Origin: Candidatus Ozemobacteraceae bacterium
Lineage (GTDB): Bacteria; Muiribacteriota; Ozemobacteria; Ozemobacterales; Ozemobacteraceae
DNA: 64,000 nucleotides
Direction of reading: 5' to 3'
Assembly: GCA_965140445.1 (NCBI GenBank)
Contig: OZ223236.1
Location: forward strand, 3,424,001 to 3,488,000
Position numbers and translations under genes: made by a program. Shown here one piece after another: positions 51,423-59,928 of the stretch; positions within the stretch are counted from its first letter, which is position 1, and each line of letters starts with the position of its first letter. The notes beneath the pieces were generated by a model that saw nothing but the letters and a program-made list of their open reading frames with translations, had not been told where the DNA came from and ran no database searches.

Positions 51423-52142
51423 TCATTTTCCGCGTCGATGCATTTGTTGGGCTTTTATTTTTTTTAATTCCTTAAATTCAGTTAAACTTCTTGCCATACT
51501 TTCGATAGTCGGAATTTCTTTCATGAAAATTGCCATTTTAAAAGATGTGTCGAAATACTCTTCAACAACGTTAATCACCAATCGTTTTGGTTCAATCTCT
51601 AACCTCCAGTTTGCTTGACGGAAGTAAGAAAATGAGTTTTCGCTCTCAGAAATAATAAATCCCTTCTCTAAAAACTCATTTAGTTTGGTTGAGTAGTATT
51701 GGCCCTGAGGTAGCATAATTTGTTGAGGATAATTAAAATCATTACTTTCTGTGGCGCTTTTAAGAAATTCTTGGATTGGATTACTGAAATTTATGAATTC
51801 AACATTCACTTTTTTGTATTCAGAAAACTCATTCTTTTTCATTGAGTTTAGAAATCCGTGCTCAGGAATTATTACGACATAGTAACCAGAATATGGGACT
51901 CTACTTCTGAAATATATTTCTTTAATTGAATTTGATGGAACATACATTTTGATGATTTTAAAACCCATTAATCCGCCATCCACAGCTTGATTAGGAATGA
52001 AAATTTCAACCCTGCTATACCAAGTAATAGCTGGAAGCATACTTTCTGGGACATTAACAAAATCACAGCCAAAGGACGCTTTGGTTGAAAACAGAATAAT
52101 GCAAATAAGAATGGAAATTTGATATATTATTTTGGTTTTCAT
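51423..52142 (-). CDS. Secreted hypothetical protein
   Basis: Signal peptide; stop codon lies inside attC. Confidence 0.7.
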   Translation of the reverse strand: MKTKIIYQISILICIILFSTKASFGCDFVNVPESMLPAITWYSRVEIFIPNQAVDGGLMGFKIIKMYVPSNSIKEIYFRSRVPYSGYYVVIIPEHGFLNSMKKNEFSEYKKVNVEFINFSNPIQEFLKSATESNDFNYPQQIMLPQGQYYSTKLNEFLEKGFIISESENSFSYFRQANWRLEIEPKRLVINVVEEYFDTSFKMAIFMKEIPTIESMARSLTEFKELKKIKAQQMHRRGK

Positions 52143-52278
52143 TTTATGAGCCCAACGCTAGTCGTGACCGGACGCCGAATGACGCCATCGGCAAATGAGG
52201 GAATCGGGACTGGCGAAAAAGTTGCAGGACTTTGTGCAACTTTTTTGATCAGGACCGACGTTCCGAGTCGACGCGCTT

Positions 52279-52590
52279 GTTATATTTGCATTAATTTTAA
52301 TACTAATTTTTAATCCTCACGTAAATTTGATTGTATCATAAGCCTATAAAGCTCTGACAGCCTCAATTTAATCTGTAAAAACTATAGTTTCAAAAACACA
52401 AAGCCAGGAAGCGTTGGCGCGGGCTTTGCTTCTCCCGGAAGTCAGAAAAGCACGTGACAAAAGCTTGCTGGCAGCCAATTAGCACAACAAACACAATTTC
52501 ATTGTTTTAAATAAAAATAACCCCTGTTAAACCGCTCACAATCAAATCATCTCTTATAAACTTTTTAGTATCAATTTAGGCAAATATAAC
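52279..52590. ncRNA. Module C ORF-less cassette in first array position
   Basis: GTTATATTTGC/GCAAATATAAC ends; nested stems; adjoins the putative attI. Confidence 0.5.
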
Positions 52591-52610
52591 AGTTATTTTT
52601 ATACCTATTC
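52584..52610 (-). other. Putative attI site
   Basis: The last cassette start GTTATAT (minus) is preceded by non-palindromic A-rich GGTATAAAAATAACT rather than an attC. Confidence 0.65.
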
Positions 52611-52616
52611 CACGTT

Positions 52617-52644
52617 TTTATATTAGGTCTTAGAAAACTATCAA
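52617..52644 (-). promoter_or_regulatory. Putative Pc cassette promoter
   Basis: TTGATA-16 nt-TATAAA on the minus strand, pointing into attI. Confidence 0.5.
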
Positions 52645-52827
52645 TCAAGTTAATTAAATGGGGGGAAATTTGAAAGAAAGCGGGGGATTTTGAGGTATAA
52701 TATGCTCAAATTTATTGTTATGTGGAGTTGGTATAATTATGGGTTTCCAGCTATTTTAGCTTTTTTACCCATTTTTTTTGATAAGTTGAAACAAATCTGA
52801 CTCGAATAATAAAGAGACTTATTCTCT

Positions 52828-53403
52828 TTAGTCCAGTTCCTCAAAATCGTACTCGACCTCGTCTGACAGATCTTCTAAATCATCGTGGGTTTCTTCAGGG
52901 TAGTTTTCCTGGTCGGCTTCGGTATTTTGGATCAGGCATTCCCTGTTTTTGGTGGTGGCGTGAAAAATCCAGCCGCCGAGAATGGCCAGAATTGCGATTA
53001 CAACTCCAGTGAAAGCCCAAAAAGCGCCCACTTTAAAATTTAAGGCGTCAGCAAAAATCAGGGGAACAGATCGGAACCAGCCATCAGCGCCTTTTTCTGC
53101 GCCGAGTTCAAGGGCTTTTTTGTCGTAAATGATGATTATTTCGAGAGTGAGGAAAAATGCGGAAAACATTGCGGCGAAGAAGCTTTCAAAATGTCTTTTA
53201 AACATAATCAGAAAAGCCCCAAGAAGAGAGGCAAACATAACTGGAAGACCTACACCGCAGGTAATCCAATTGGTTTTGGTGATGGGAAGAAAATTTATAA
53301 ATGTGGACATGGTTAGCATCAAAAAGCCTGCAACAGCAATTCCTTCAGCCATACCATAGTTTATCAGTGGTTTTTCTGATGTCGATTTTGAGTACTGATC
53401 CAT
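52828..53403 (-). CDS. Membrane protein with acidic tail
   Basis: About 4 TM segments; GGAG RBS. Confidence 0.75.
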   Translation of the reverse strand: MDQYSKSTSEKPLINYGMAEGIAVAGFLMLTMSTFINFLPITKTNWITCGVGLPVMFASLLGAFLIMFKRHFESFFAAMFSAFFLTLEIIIIYDKKALELGAEKGADGWFRSVPLIFADALNFKVGAFWAFTGVVIAILAILGGWIFHATTKNRECLIQNTEADQENYPEETHDDLEDLSDEVEYDFEELD

Positions 53404-53505
53404 TTTAGCTCCAAGATTACAATTAAAAATTAGCTTAATTTCTCAGGGATCATTAGTCAATAAAGAACTAAAAAATCCTCAGAAATCAGATTTAAAAAAG
53501 TGAGA

Positions 53506-54105
53506 TTATACTTCTAAGAGTCTTCTTAAACAGTTGTTTTCAAGTGCCTTTGTTGGGGCACCCTTTACCCCACCCTTTTCAAAGCTGATATCTAAAACAA
53601 GCTTCGGAGTTTTTACCGGAGTTACTATTTTAAGAAATTTCTTTTTCTTAACAGTTATAAATTCCAGATAGCCAAGCTTATTTAATTCCTCCAGGATTTT
53701 TTGAACCTGTTTAGTCGGATAACCCACCCTTTCAGAGATGTCTTCGATGGGACAATCCAACAAACGATCTGCTGGTTTTCCTGCTTCAAAATCCAGTTCA
53801 ATCAATTTTTTAAATACGGGCCAACCTTCTGGACCAATCTTTTCATTCAGAAAAAGTGGCAAACCTGAATACTCAAGCCATTTGGGAAATCTAAAGCACA
53901 TTTTTGGCTGTTCAACAGTCGCTGAACCCTGGGCTTTCCCTTGATTCAAAAATGCACTCAAATCTTCTTCTCTAACGCGCCAGTCGCTTCCGACCTTAAC
54001 TCCAGGGATTTTCTTATTTCTTAACCATCTTCTTAGAACTTCAGTATTTAAGTTCAATATTTTTGATACTTCTTTTAATGTTAAAAGCCGCGATTGATCG
54101 GACAT
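53506..54105 (-). CDS. Excisionase-like helix-turn-helix DNA-binding protein with a second winged-HTH-like region
   Basis: LLTLKEVSKILNL..EVLRRWLR..KIPGVKVGSDWRV. Confidence 0.8.
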   Translation of the reverse strand: MSDQSRLLTLKEVSKILNLNTEVLRRWLRNKKIPGVKVGSDWRVREEDLSAFLNQGKAQGSATVEQPKMCFRFPKWLEYSGLPLFLNEKIGPEGWPVFKKLIELDFEAGKPADRLLDCPIEDISERVGYPTKQVQKILEELNKLGYLEFITVKKKKFLKIVTPVKTPKLVLDISFEKGGVKGAPTKALENNCLRRLLEV

Positions 54106-54257
54106 CTATAGTGACCCCTTAATTTTTCTCAATAATAGCATGCACGCAGAGTAGTATCAAGGAAAATGCTCTTCTTTTTTCTTTACAGCGGTTGAAAAAG
54201 CAATTATGATAAGACTTTGTGCTACTATATATTACTTTGTAAAGTTTGAGGATACAT

Positions 54258-55049
54258 ATGTCACTTATTCTTGATTCAATTAAATCAACAATTCCCGAAG
54301 CCTACTTTTCAGAGCCGATAACCAATCTTGCCGCCTATGCACACTTTACGGTTCTAAAATCAAAAAGACTCGGTCTAAGCATGACGCTTAATGACGACAG
54401 AATATTTGAATTCAAAGGACCTGGAACCATACATTCTCTTGGCTCTATTGAAACCGTTGGACTTAAGACCATCATGGAATGGACCAATTCTTTACATGGC
54501 ATAGAAAGATCGTTTGCAATTGCAGCTATAAACAGCTGTATACCCCTAAGTGGTAAAAGATATTTTCAGGGTAACGCATTAGAAATCGCTCGAATTCTTG
54601 GCCAGAACAAAAATGTCGTTGTAGTTGGGCACTTCCCAAACATGGATAAAATAAAGGAAGCTGCCGCTAAATTTACCATCCTTGAGAAAAGACCTAAGGA
54701 AGGCGATCTTCCGGCTGAAGACGCACATAAAGTTATTCCTGAAGCCGATGTTGTTGCCTTAACCGGAGTAACTTGCCTTAATGATACTATTGAAGGACTA
54801 TTGGCCCTGAAAAAGCCTGGCGCGAAATTTATTGTTTTAGGCCCTACTGTCCCTTTAAGCAGTGTCCTGTTTAATTTCGGTGTTGATATAATTGGCGGCG
54901 CATGGGTGACTGACGAAAAAGACACCATCAAAATGGTTTCTCAAGGCGCAACAGCAAGATATGTTGATAGTATTAAAAATGTTTTGTATCCTAAAGACCC
55001 AGAACTTCTGAATGGTTTTGAAGAGATTGAGCCCCCGGATAATTATTAA
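54258..55049 (+). CDS. DUF364 Rossmann-like protein (putative metal chelation)
   Basis: AIAAIN, VVVVGHFP, LEK.P..GD, ADVVALTG.T.LN.T, LGPT.PL. Confidence 0.8.
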   Translation: MSLILDSIKSTIPEAYFSEPITNLAAYAHFTVLKSKRLGLSMTLNDDRIFEFKGPGTIHSLGSIETVGLKTIMEWTNSLHGIERSFAIAAINSCIPLSGKRYFQGNALEIARILGQNKNVVVVGHFPNMDKIKEAAAKFTILEKRPKEGDLPAEDAHKVIPEADVVALTGVTCLNDTIEGLLALKKPGAKFIVLGPTVPLSSVLFNFGVDIIGGAWVTDEKDTIKMVSQGATARYVDSIKNVLYPKDPELLNGFEEIEPPDNY

Positions 55050-55055
55050 ATAAAC

Positions 55056-55679
55056 ATGGGAAACCCAGATTGGAAAAATGAATCAGGCGATCATTTTCAA
55101 CAGCACGCTAAAAATAATCTCCTGGAAATTTATCCATGGTTGTTGCAAGACTGCCTTGATCTGTTTGGCGACCTGACGGAAAAAGAGATTCTGGAAATTG
55201 GCGGCGGACCTGGCTACATGGCGAGCCACTTCCTCAAAAATGGAGTTAAGAAATTAATCGAAGCAGACCTTTCCAACGGAATGCTGAGCAAATCAAAAAT
55301 CCTGAACCATGATCCCAGAATTCATTTTCTACAGGCAAATGCATGCTATCTGCCCCTAAAAGAAAAGACTTTTGATCTTGTATTTAGCCGGGGCTCGATT
55401 TTTTTCTGGGAAGATTTGCATCGGGCGTTTGTGGAAATCCGCAGACTTTTAAAGCCTCGTGGGATGGCGATTCTAGGTGGTGGATTCGGGTTAAACACTC
55501 CAGATGAAATTCTGGACAGAATTAAAAGTGCAAAATCTGGCAGTAAGCCTAAGCTGGATTTGGACAAACTTCTTAAATTAGCTAACAGTCTGGGTGGAAA
55601 AGCTCAAATTTTAAACAAAAAGGGAAAAGGCTTCTGGCTAGTCTGGCAGCCGAATCTTCTGGAGAACTTAAATGAATAG
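55056..55679 (+). CDS. Class I SAM-dependent methyltransferase
   Basis: LEIGGGPG, FDLVFSRGS, RLLKPRG. Confidence 0.85.
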   Translation: MGNPDWKNESGDHFQQHAKNNLLEIYPWLLQDCLDLFGDLTEKEILEIGGGPGYMASHFLKNGVKKLIEADLSNGMLSKSKILNHDPRIHFLQANACYLPLKEKTFDLVFSRGSIFFWEDLHRAFVEIRRLLKPRGMAILGGGFGLNTPDEILDRIKSAKSGSKPKLDLDKLLKLANSLGGKAQILNKKGKGFWLVWQPNLLENLNE

Positions 55680-56229
55680 CGCATTTCTATTTTTCTTTAA
55701 AGGCGGCGGACCACTTATGTATCCCCTTGCCTTGTTGGGCCTGGTTATATTTACATTAGGTATTTACCAGCTATTCTACATCGTTAAATGTAAGCTCAAG
55801 ATTACTAACAATAAGAATTCAAGATGTGCTTTTTATTGGGCCAGAAAAGCCTACCAGATGTCAGAAAACGGAGTTGGTTTTAAGGAAGCAACCCTTATTG
55901 AGTCGCTGGAAATTTGTTTGTCTAAAGTGGAAGAACAGATGAATAGAAAAGTCTCCACCATGAGATTTTGCGGACAGATCAGTACACTTATGGGCTTTCT
56001 TGGAACTGTTACCGGAATGGTAAAAACATTTCAATCCGTTGCTGAAAAGGGTATTGCAACCCCAGCTCTATTGGCGGGCGGAATTTACGAAGCCTTGTTT
56101 ACCACAATTTTTGGCCTGGTAATTGCCATTATTGCAGCTGGCTTTGCCCATCTTATTGAGAGCATTACCCGCTATAGAATTAGAAACCTCGAAACTGAAA
56201 TTCTCAAAAATCTGGAAGAAAGTAAATGA
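55672..56229 (+). CDS. exbB: MotA/TolQ/ExbB proton channel protein
   Basis: GGPLMYPL; LMGFLGTVTGM; GGIYEALFTTIFGL. Confidence 0.9.
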   Translation: MNSAFLFFFKGGGPLMYPLALLGLVIFTLGIYQLFYIVKCKLKITNNKNSRCAFYWARKAYQMSENGVGFKEATLIESLEICLSKVEEQMNRKVSTMRFCGQISTLMGFLGTVTGMVKTFQSVAEKGIATPALLAGGIYEALFTTIFGLVIAIIAAGFAHLIESITRYRIRNLETEILKNLEESK

Positions 56230-56633
56230 GTCTTCGCAAGTCAAAAAGTAATCCAGCTCCGATTATTGATCTCACCGGGGCTTCAGATATTATTTTTACG
56301 CTTTTGCTTTTTTATATTTTAACCCAGAATTTTTTGCCATCAATCAAAGTGGATTTACCGAACCTGCATTCACAAACTCAACAAAGTGAAACGGCTCTGG
56401 TTATTCAAGTTAGTCAGACAGGAACAATTTCAACCAATGAAAAAACAATCAGATCAGAATTCCTGCTTGAGGACTTAAAAACAATAATTGAATCTAAGCC
56501 CGCCTCTTCCAGCATAACTATTCTTACCGATAAAGAAGCTCCGGCTGGAGTAAACATTCGAATTCTTGATGCACTTCAAATGCTGGGAGCAAAAAAGGTA
56601 TTATTTCAAGGTAAACCATCATCTGATGATTAA
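56226..56633 (+). CDS. exbD: ExbD/TolR protein
   Basis: IDLT...DIIFTLLLF; VDLP. Confidence 0.85.
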   Translation: MSLRKSKSNPAPIIDLTGASDIIFTLLLFYILTQNFLPSIKVDLPNLHSQTQQSETALVIQVSQTGTISTNEKTIRSEFLLEDLKTIIESKPASSSITILTDKEAPAGVNIRILDALQMLGAKKVLFQGKPSSDD

Positions 56634-57459
56634 GAATTTTTTTATACTTCTTATCGCATTAGTTCTGGAGATTGCCCTGGTTTCATTTATTGGAAATTAT
56701 CTGCAGGTAAATCCAACTGCCCCTAAACCTGTTTTAATTGAACTTTCTCTGGATTCGGCTCCCACTTCATTACCTCCAAAGGTAAAAGCCCCACCTCCTG
56801 AAAAAAAAGTTCTTACCCCTACCCCAAAACCCATGCCTGAACCAGAACCTAAGCCGGTGATTAAAAAAGTTGAAGAAAAGCCAAAGCTAAAGGTAGTTAA
56901 AAAGCCTTTGCCGAAGGTTAATAAACCAAAGCCAAAAAGAATAAAAAAAATACAACCCAAATTAGTTAAAAAACCTCTCTTAGCTCCCCCAAAAGCCTTG
57001 GTAAAAAAGATCTCCCGGGAACTACCTAATGAATTCAGCAGGAAACCAGTCCCCAAAACTACTGAAGAAAATGGCATAAAACATAAAGTAGTTTCAGATT
57101 CGAAAGAAAAAAACACAAACTCAGAATCTTCAATCGCTACTGATCCTAAAACCACCCTATCAAATGCTCTTGAAATTAAATCAAATCAGGAATATCTAAA
57201 ACGGATTTTTACCATCATTGCCAGAAACAAAAAATATCCTTCGCTAGCACGTAGAAGAGGCATAGAAGGCACAGTAATGGTGGAATTTTCTGTCAATCAA
57301 CAGGGAAAACCTATTGGAATAAAAAACACCAATAAAGCCAGTTCACAGTTGGTTAAGGCCGCTATAAATACAATTAAGCGAGGAAGATTTCCAACGCCTC
57401 CAGACTCATGGGACCCAAACGCAAGAATTGAAATCCCAATGAAATATAGTCTCAGGTAA
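56626..57459 (+). CDS. tonB: Energy transducer TonB
   Basis: TM anchor, Pro/Lys-rich linker, YP.LARRRGIEGTV.V.F. Confidence 0.9.
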   Translation: MIKNFFILLIALVLEIALVSFIGNYLQVNPTAPKPVLIELSLDSAPTSLPPKVKAPPPEKKVLTPTPKPMPEPEPKPVIKKVEEKPKLKVVKKPLPKVNKPKPKRIKKIQPKLVKKPLLAPPKALVKKISRELPNEFSRKPVPKTTEENGIKHKVVSDSKEKNTNSESSIATDPKTTLSNALEIKSNQEYLKRIFTIIARNKKYPSLARRRGIEGTVMVEFSVNQQGKPIGIKNTNKASSQLVKAAINTIKRGRFPTPPDSWDPNARIEIPMKYSLR

Positions 57460-57471
57460 ACCAAAAGAATA

Positions 57472-57510
57472 AAAAAAAGGCGGCTTCGCAAAATGCGAAG
57501 CCGCCTTTTT
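57472..57510. terminator. Bidirectional intrinsic terminator
   Basis: AAAAAAAGGCGGCTTCGCA-aaa-TGCGAAGCCGCCTTTTT between convergent tonB and kamE. Confidence 0.9.
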
Positions 57511-57519
57511 ATATATTTT

Positions 57520-58308
57520 CTATTTCATTTTTCTTTTGGTGAATTCATCCACGAAAAATGATGCTACATGCTCTGCAAATTTTCCAGGACCAAAACCTGC
57601 ATCATAGCCGAGCTCTTTGGCCAATTCATTTGTAATTCTGGGACCGCCGGCGATAAGAATAACCTTATCCCTTAAATTGGCAGCTTCAAGGAGTTCAACC
57701 AGTTCAACAAGGTTCCCGACATGAACATCTTTTTGCGTAACCGTTTGTGAAACCAGCAAAACATCTGCTTTCAATTCTATGGCTTTCTTAACAAAGTCCT
57801 CGTTCGGAACCTGACTACCCAGATTATAAGCTTCAATCATAGAGTAGCGCTCAAGACCATAGTGTCCGGCATAACCTTTCATGTTCATAACGGCATCAAT
57901 ACCTACAGTATGAGCATCTGTACCGGTACTTGCACCAACAACTACCAGTTTACGTTTGATATTCTTTTCAATGTATTCATCAACGCCGTGCATATCCATT
58001 ATTTCAGAATCAATAACGCTGACTTTTATTGAAGTTACATCGATAGACTGGTTCAAGCTCCCATAAACCACAAAGAAAGTAAATTCTTTATCAAGAGCTT
58101 CGTGATGGGAGACCCCAACATCGGTTAGACCCATTTGCATTGCAAGTCGCTTGGCGGCCTCAACAGCTCTTTCATCATCTTTAATTGGAAGAGTAAAGCT
58201 AACCTGGACTTTACCATCGTTCATGGTATCGCCATAGGGCTTAACTTTGGTTAAATCAAGTTTCTGATCAAAATCTTTAACCTTCATTGAATATAATCCG
58301 CTGCTCAT
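57520..58308 (-). CDS. kamE: Lysine 5,6-aminomutase beta subunit (B12-binding)
   Basis: KPYGDTMNDG; DAHTVG B12 motif; MKGYAGHYGLE. Confidence 0.95.
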   Translation of the reverse strand: MSSGLYSMKVKDFDQKLDLTKVKPYGDTMNDGKVQVSFTLPIKDDERAVEAAKRLAMQMGLTDVGVSHHEALDKEFTFFVVYGSLNQSIDVTSIKVSVIDSEIMDMHGVDEYIEKNIKRKLVVVGASTGTDAHTVGIDAVMNMKGYAGHYGLERYSMIEAYNLGSQVPNEDFVKKAIELKADVLLVSQTVTQKDVHVGNLVELVELLEAANLRDKVILIAGGPRITNELAKELGYDAGFGPGKFAEHVASFFVDEFTKRKMK

Positions 58309-59864
58309 TATTGGCCTCCTTCCTTCATCAAATCAATGAATGGGTTGAAATAGTCCTGATGCTTTTCGACAACACCGTCTAAACCTTTTCCGCCATCAAA
58401 TGGACGCTTAACTCCAGCGAATTTTCCCATTTCCAATGTTTTAAAAATTCCATCCGCCTTAATTGATTTGAGCATTTCACTTGCTTCTTTTAAAACCTGA
58501 TTGGCTCTGGTTTCAATTGTTCCACCCTTTTTAAACTCGATCTCTTCACCAAGATCAGCCATTGTATTAAAAATATATCTGGCATTCTCAATTGAAAGAG
58601 CACGATCCGACATTAGAGGAGTGTGTATGGCTTCTGTAAGCATTCCAAGAAGATGAACCTTCTGTTTTGTCATAATGGTAACCATGTTAAAAAGAGCATC
58701 CTGAACATGTCCTTTAAAAATATTGCCAGTTTTAAACTTGGTTGGGGGCATATATTTTAAAGGTGCTTTTGGAAATATTTCTCTGGCCATTTGAGCCTGA
58801 GACAATTCGTAGAGAAATCCGTTTTTCATTTCAGGATTAATTTCAAATGCATGACCAAGTCCCATCTGTTCTTCCGGAATACCAGAAAGGAGCGCAAATT
58901 GTTCATTTATAAACTGCGAAGCCAGGACGGTGTGAGCTTCTTCATAGGCATCAGCCGTTGTTAGATAGTTATCTTCACCGGTATTTATTATTACCCCAGC
59001 AAATCCATTTATCACCCTGGAAAAATACTGATCAACCAGAGTTCTCTGCATGTTGATATCTCTGAAAAGAATTCCATACAATGCGTCATTTAGCATCATA
59101 TCAAGTCTTTCAAGGGCACCCATAGCTGCAATCTCAGGCATACACAGGCCAGAGCAATAATTGCAAAGTCTGATGTAACGACCGTATTTTTCACCGGCTT
59201 TATCCAGAGCTTCTCTCATTAAACGGAAGTTTTCCTGTGTGGCAAAGGTTCCACCAAAACCTTCGGTTGTAGCCCCATAAGGCACAAAATCCAGAAGACT
59301 TTGGCCAGTGGTTCTAATAACTGCGATTACATCTGCACCTTGGGCGGCAGCAGCTTCAGCCTGGGTAATGTCTTCATAGATGTTGCCAGTTGCAACAATT
59401 ACATAAAGATAAGGACCTTCTTTATCGCCATGTTCTTTTAGAAAGTCTTCTCTGACTTTGCGGTTTGCTTTTATCTTTTCAACAGTCTTGGTAGCGATTT
59501 CCAAAACTTTTGCTTTAATTTCAAAGAAATCTGCCATTTCAAGCTTTGTCAGGTCTAGACTACCTTTTGCAACCTGTTCCGCAATCTCCTGAGGGGTTTT
59601 GCCTGTTTGAATTACTGCGTTTCCAATATAAGTGGATAGCCCAATAGAAAGACCATTTCCCTTGCGAATGTTTTCTACAACGACATTAGGCAGTGGAACC
59701 TCGTTCTCATCAACCCCATCGATTCCAAGAAGTCGCGCACAAGTTCTTTCTATTGTTACTGTTGTGTGCTTTTGAATAAATTCCTGTGCATCCAGTGCGA
59801 TTTCTTTTGCAGATTGTCTGGCTTTTTCTACCAGGTCGAAATTAAGATTCAGCTTACTTTTCAT
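58308..59864 (-). CDS. kamD: Lysine 5,6-aminomutase alpha subunit
   Basis: YVIVATGNIYED; NYCSGLCMPE; KYMPPTK. Confidence 0.95.
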   Translation of the reverse strand: MKSKLNLNFDLVEKARQSAKEIALDAQEFIQKHTTVTIERTCARLLGIDGVDENEVPLPNVVVENIRKGNGLSIGLSTYIGNAVIQTGKTPQEIAEQVAKGSLDLTKLEMADFFEIKAKVLEIATKTVEKIKANRKVREDFLKEHGDKEGPYLYVIVATGNIYEDITQAEAAAAQGADVIAVIRTTGQSLLDFVPYGATTEGFGGTFATQENFRLMREALDKAGEKYGRYIRLCNYCSGLCMPEIAAMGALERLDMMLNDALYGILFRDINMQRTLVDQYFSRVINGFAGVIINTGEDNYLTTADAYEEAHTVLASQFINEQFALLSGIPEEQMGLGHAFEINPEMKNGFLYELSQAQMAREIFPKAPLKYMPPTKFKTGNIFKGHVQDALFNMVTIMTKQKVHLLGMLTEAIHTPLMSDRALSIENARYIFNTMADLGEEIEFKKGGTIETRANQVLKEASEMLKSIKADGIFKTLEMGKFAGVKRPFDGGKGLDGVVEKHQDYFNPFIDLMKEGGQ

Positions 59865-59928
59865 CTTCTTCCCTTGCATTAATTAATTTTTTGAAACCAC
59901 TACACTGCTGAAGTATTGTGGTTAAGAT

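Larger units (their letters stand above)
4946..51452 (-). repeat. attC family I (about 100 bp), about 31 copies
   Basis: Plus-strand consensus TAACGCCTGTCGTGACCGGAAAAACGAGACGGGCGCGGGTGTTGCGTAAGCAAGACCCGTGATCCGGCCGGTTTTTCCGCGTCGACGCACTTGTTA. Starts at 4946, 5756, 10444, 15740, 16561, 23751, 24460, 25576, 26620, 29125, 29771, 30546, 31414, 33553, 34299 (degenerate), 35973, 37276, 38045, 39138, 40001, 43000, 44003, 45118, 46162, 47121, 51351; variants at 7077, 17064, 27925, 47948, 50348. Confidence 0.95.
2232..52285 (-). repeat. attC family II (about 120-136 bp), 11 copies
   Basis: Same outer arms as family I but a longer centre (GGACGCCGAATGACGCCATCGGCAAATGAGGGAATCGG...AAAAGTTGC..GCAACTTTT...GACGTTCC). 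Starts at 2232, 21286, 28521, 31922, 32387, 35201, 38705, 40893, 41943, 50747, 52150. Confidence 0.95.
1113..52590 (-). mobile_element. Integron gene-cassette array (about 54 cassettes), no adjacent integrase (CALIN-like)
   Basis: Imperfect palindromes bounded by RYYYAAC...GTTRRRY separate gene-sized units. Almost every unit has matching GTTRRRY/RYYYAAC ends. On the minus strand attC reads TAAC-AAGTG-CGTCGAC...GTCACG-ACAGGC-GTT with the extrahelical C in L''. Nearly all genes are on the minus strand. Confidence 0.97.

Noticed and set aside
2232..52285. CRISPR array interpretation of the regular repeats
   Set aside because: Repeats are 100-136 bp palindromes with GTTRRRY cores separated by gene-sized units, and no cas genes are present. 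These are attC sites.
4796..52313. Many short ORF-track entries containing VVTG, RRTC, STHLL or similar (for example 4796, 5742, 5770, 10307, 15672, 23775, 28487, 31735, 31924, 33546, 35136, 50749, 52119)
   Set aside because: They are read-throughs of GC-rich attC DNA and not genes. N-terminal extensions of 1194, 16669, 25721, 46329 and 49019 were trimmed for the same reason.
52600..54250. intI remnant, LexA box or cobalamin riboswitch
   Set aside because: No tyrosine-recombinase motifs, CTGT-N8-ACAG box or B12 box recognisable by eye.
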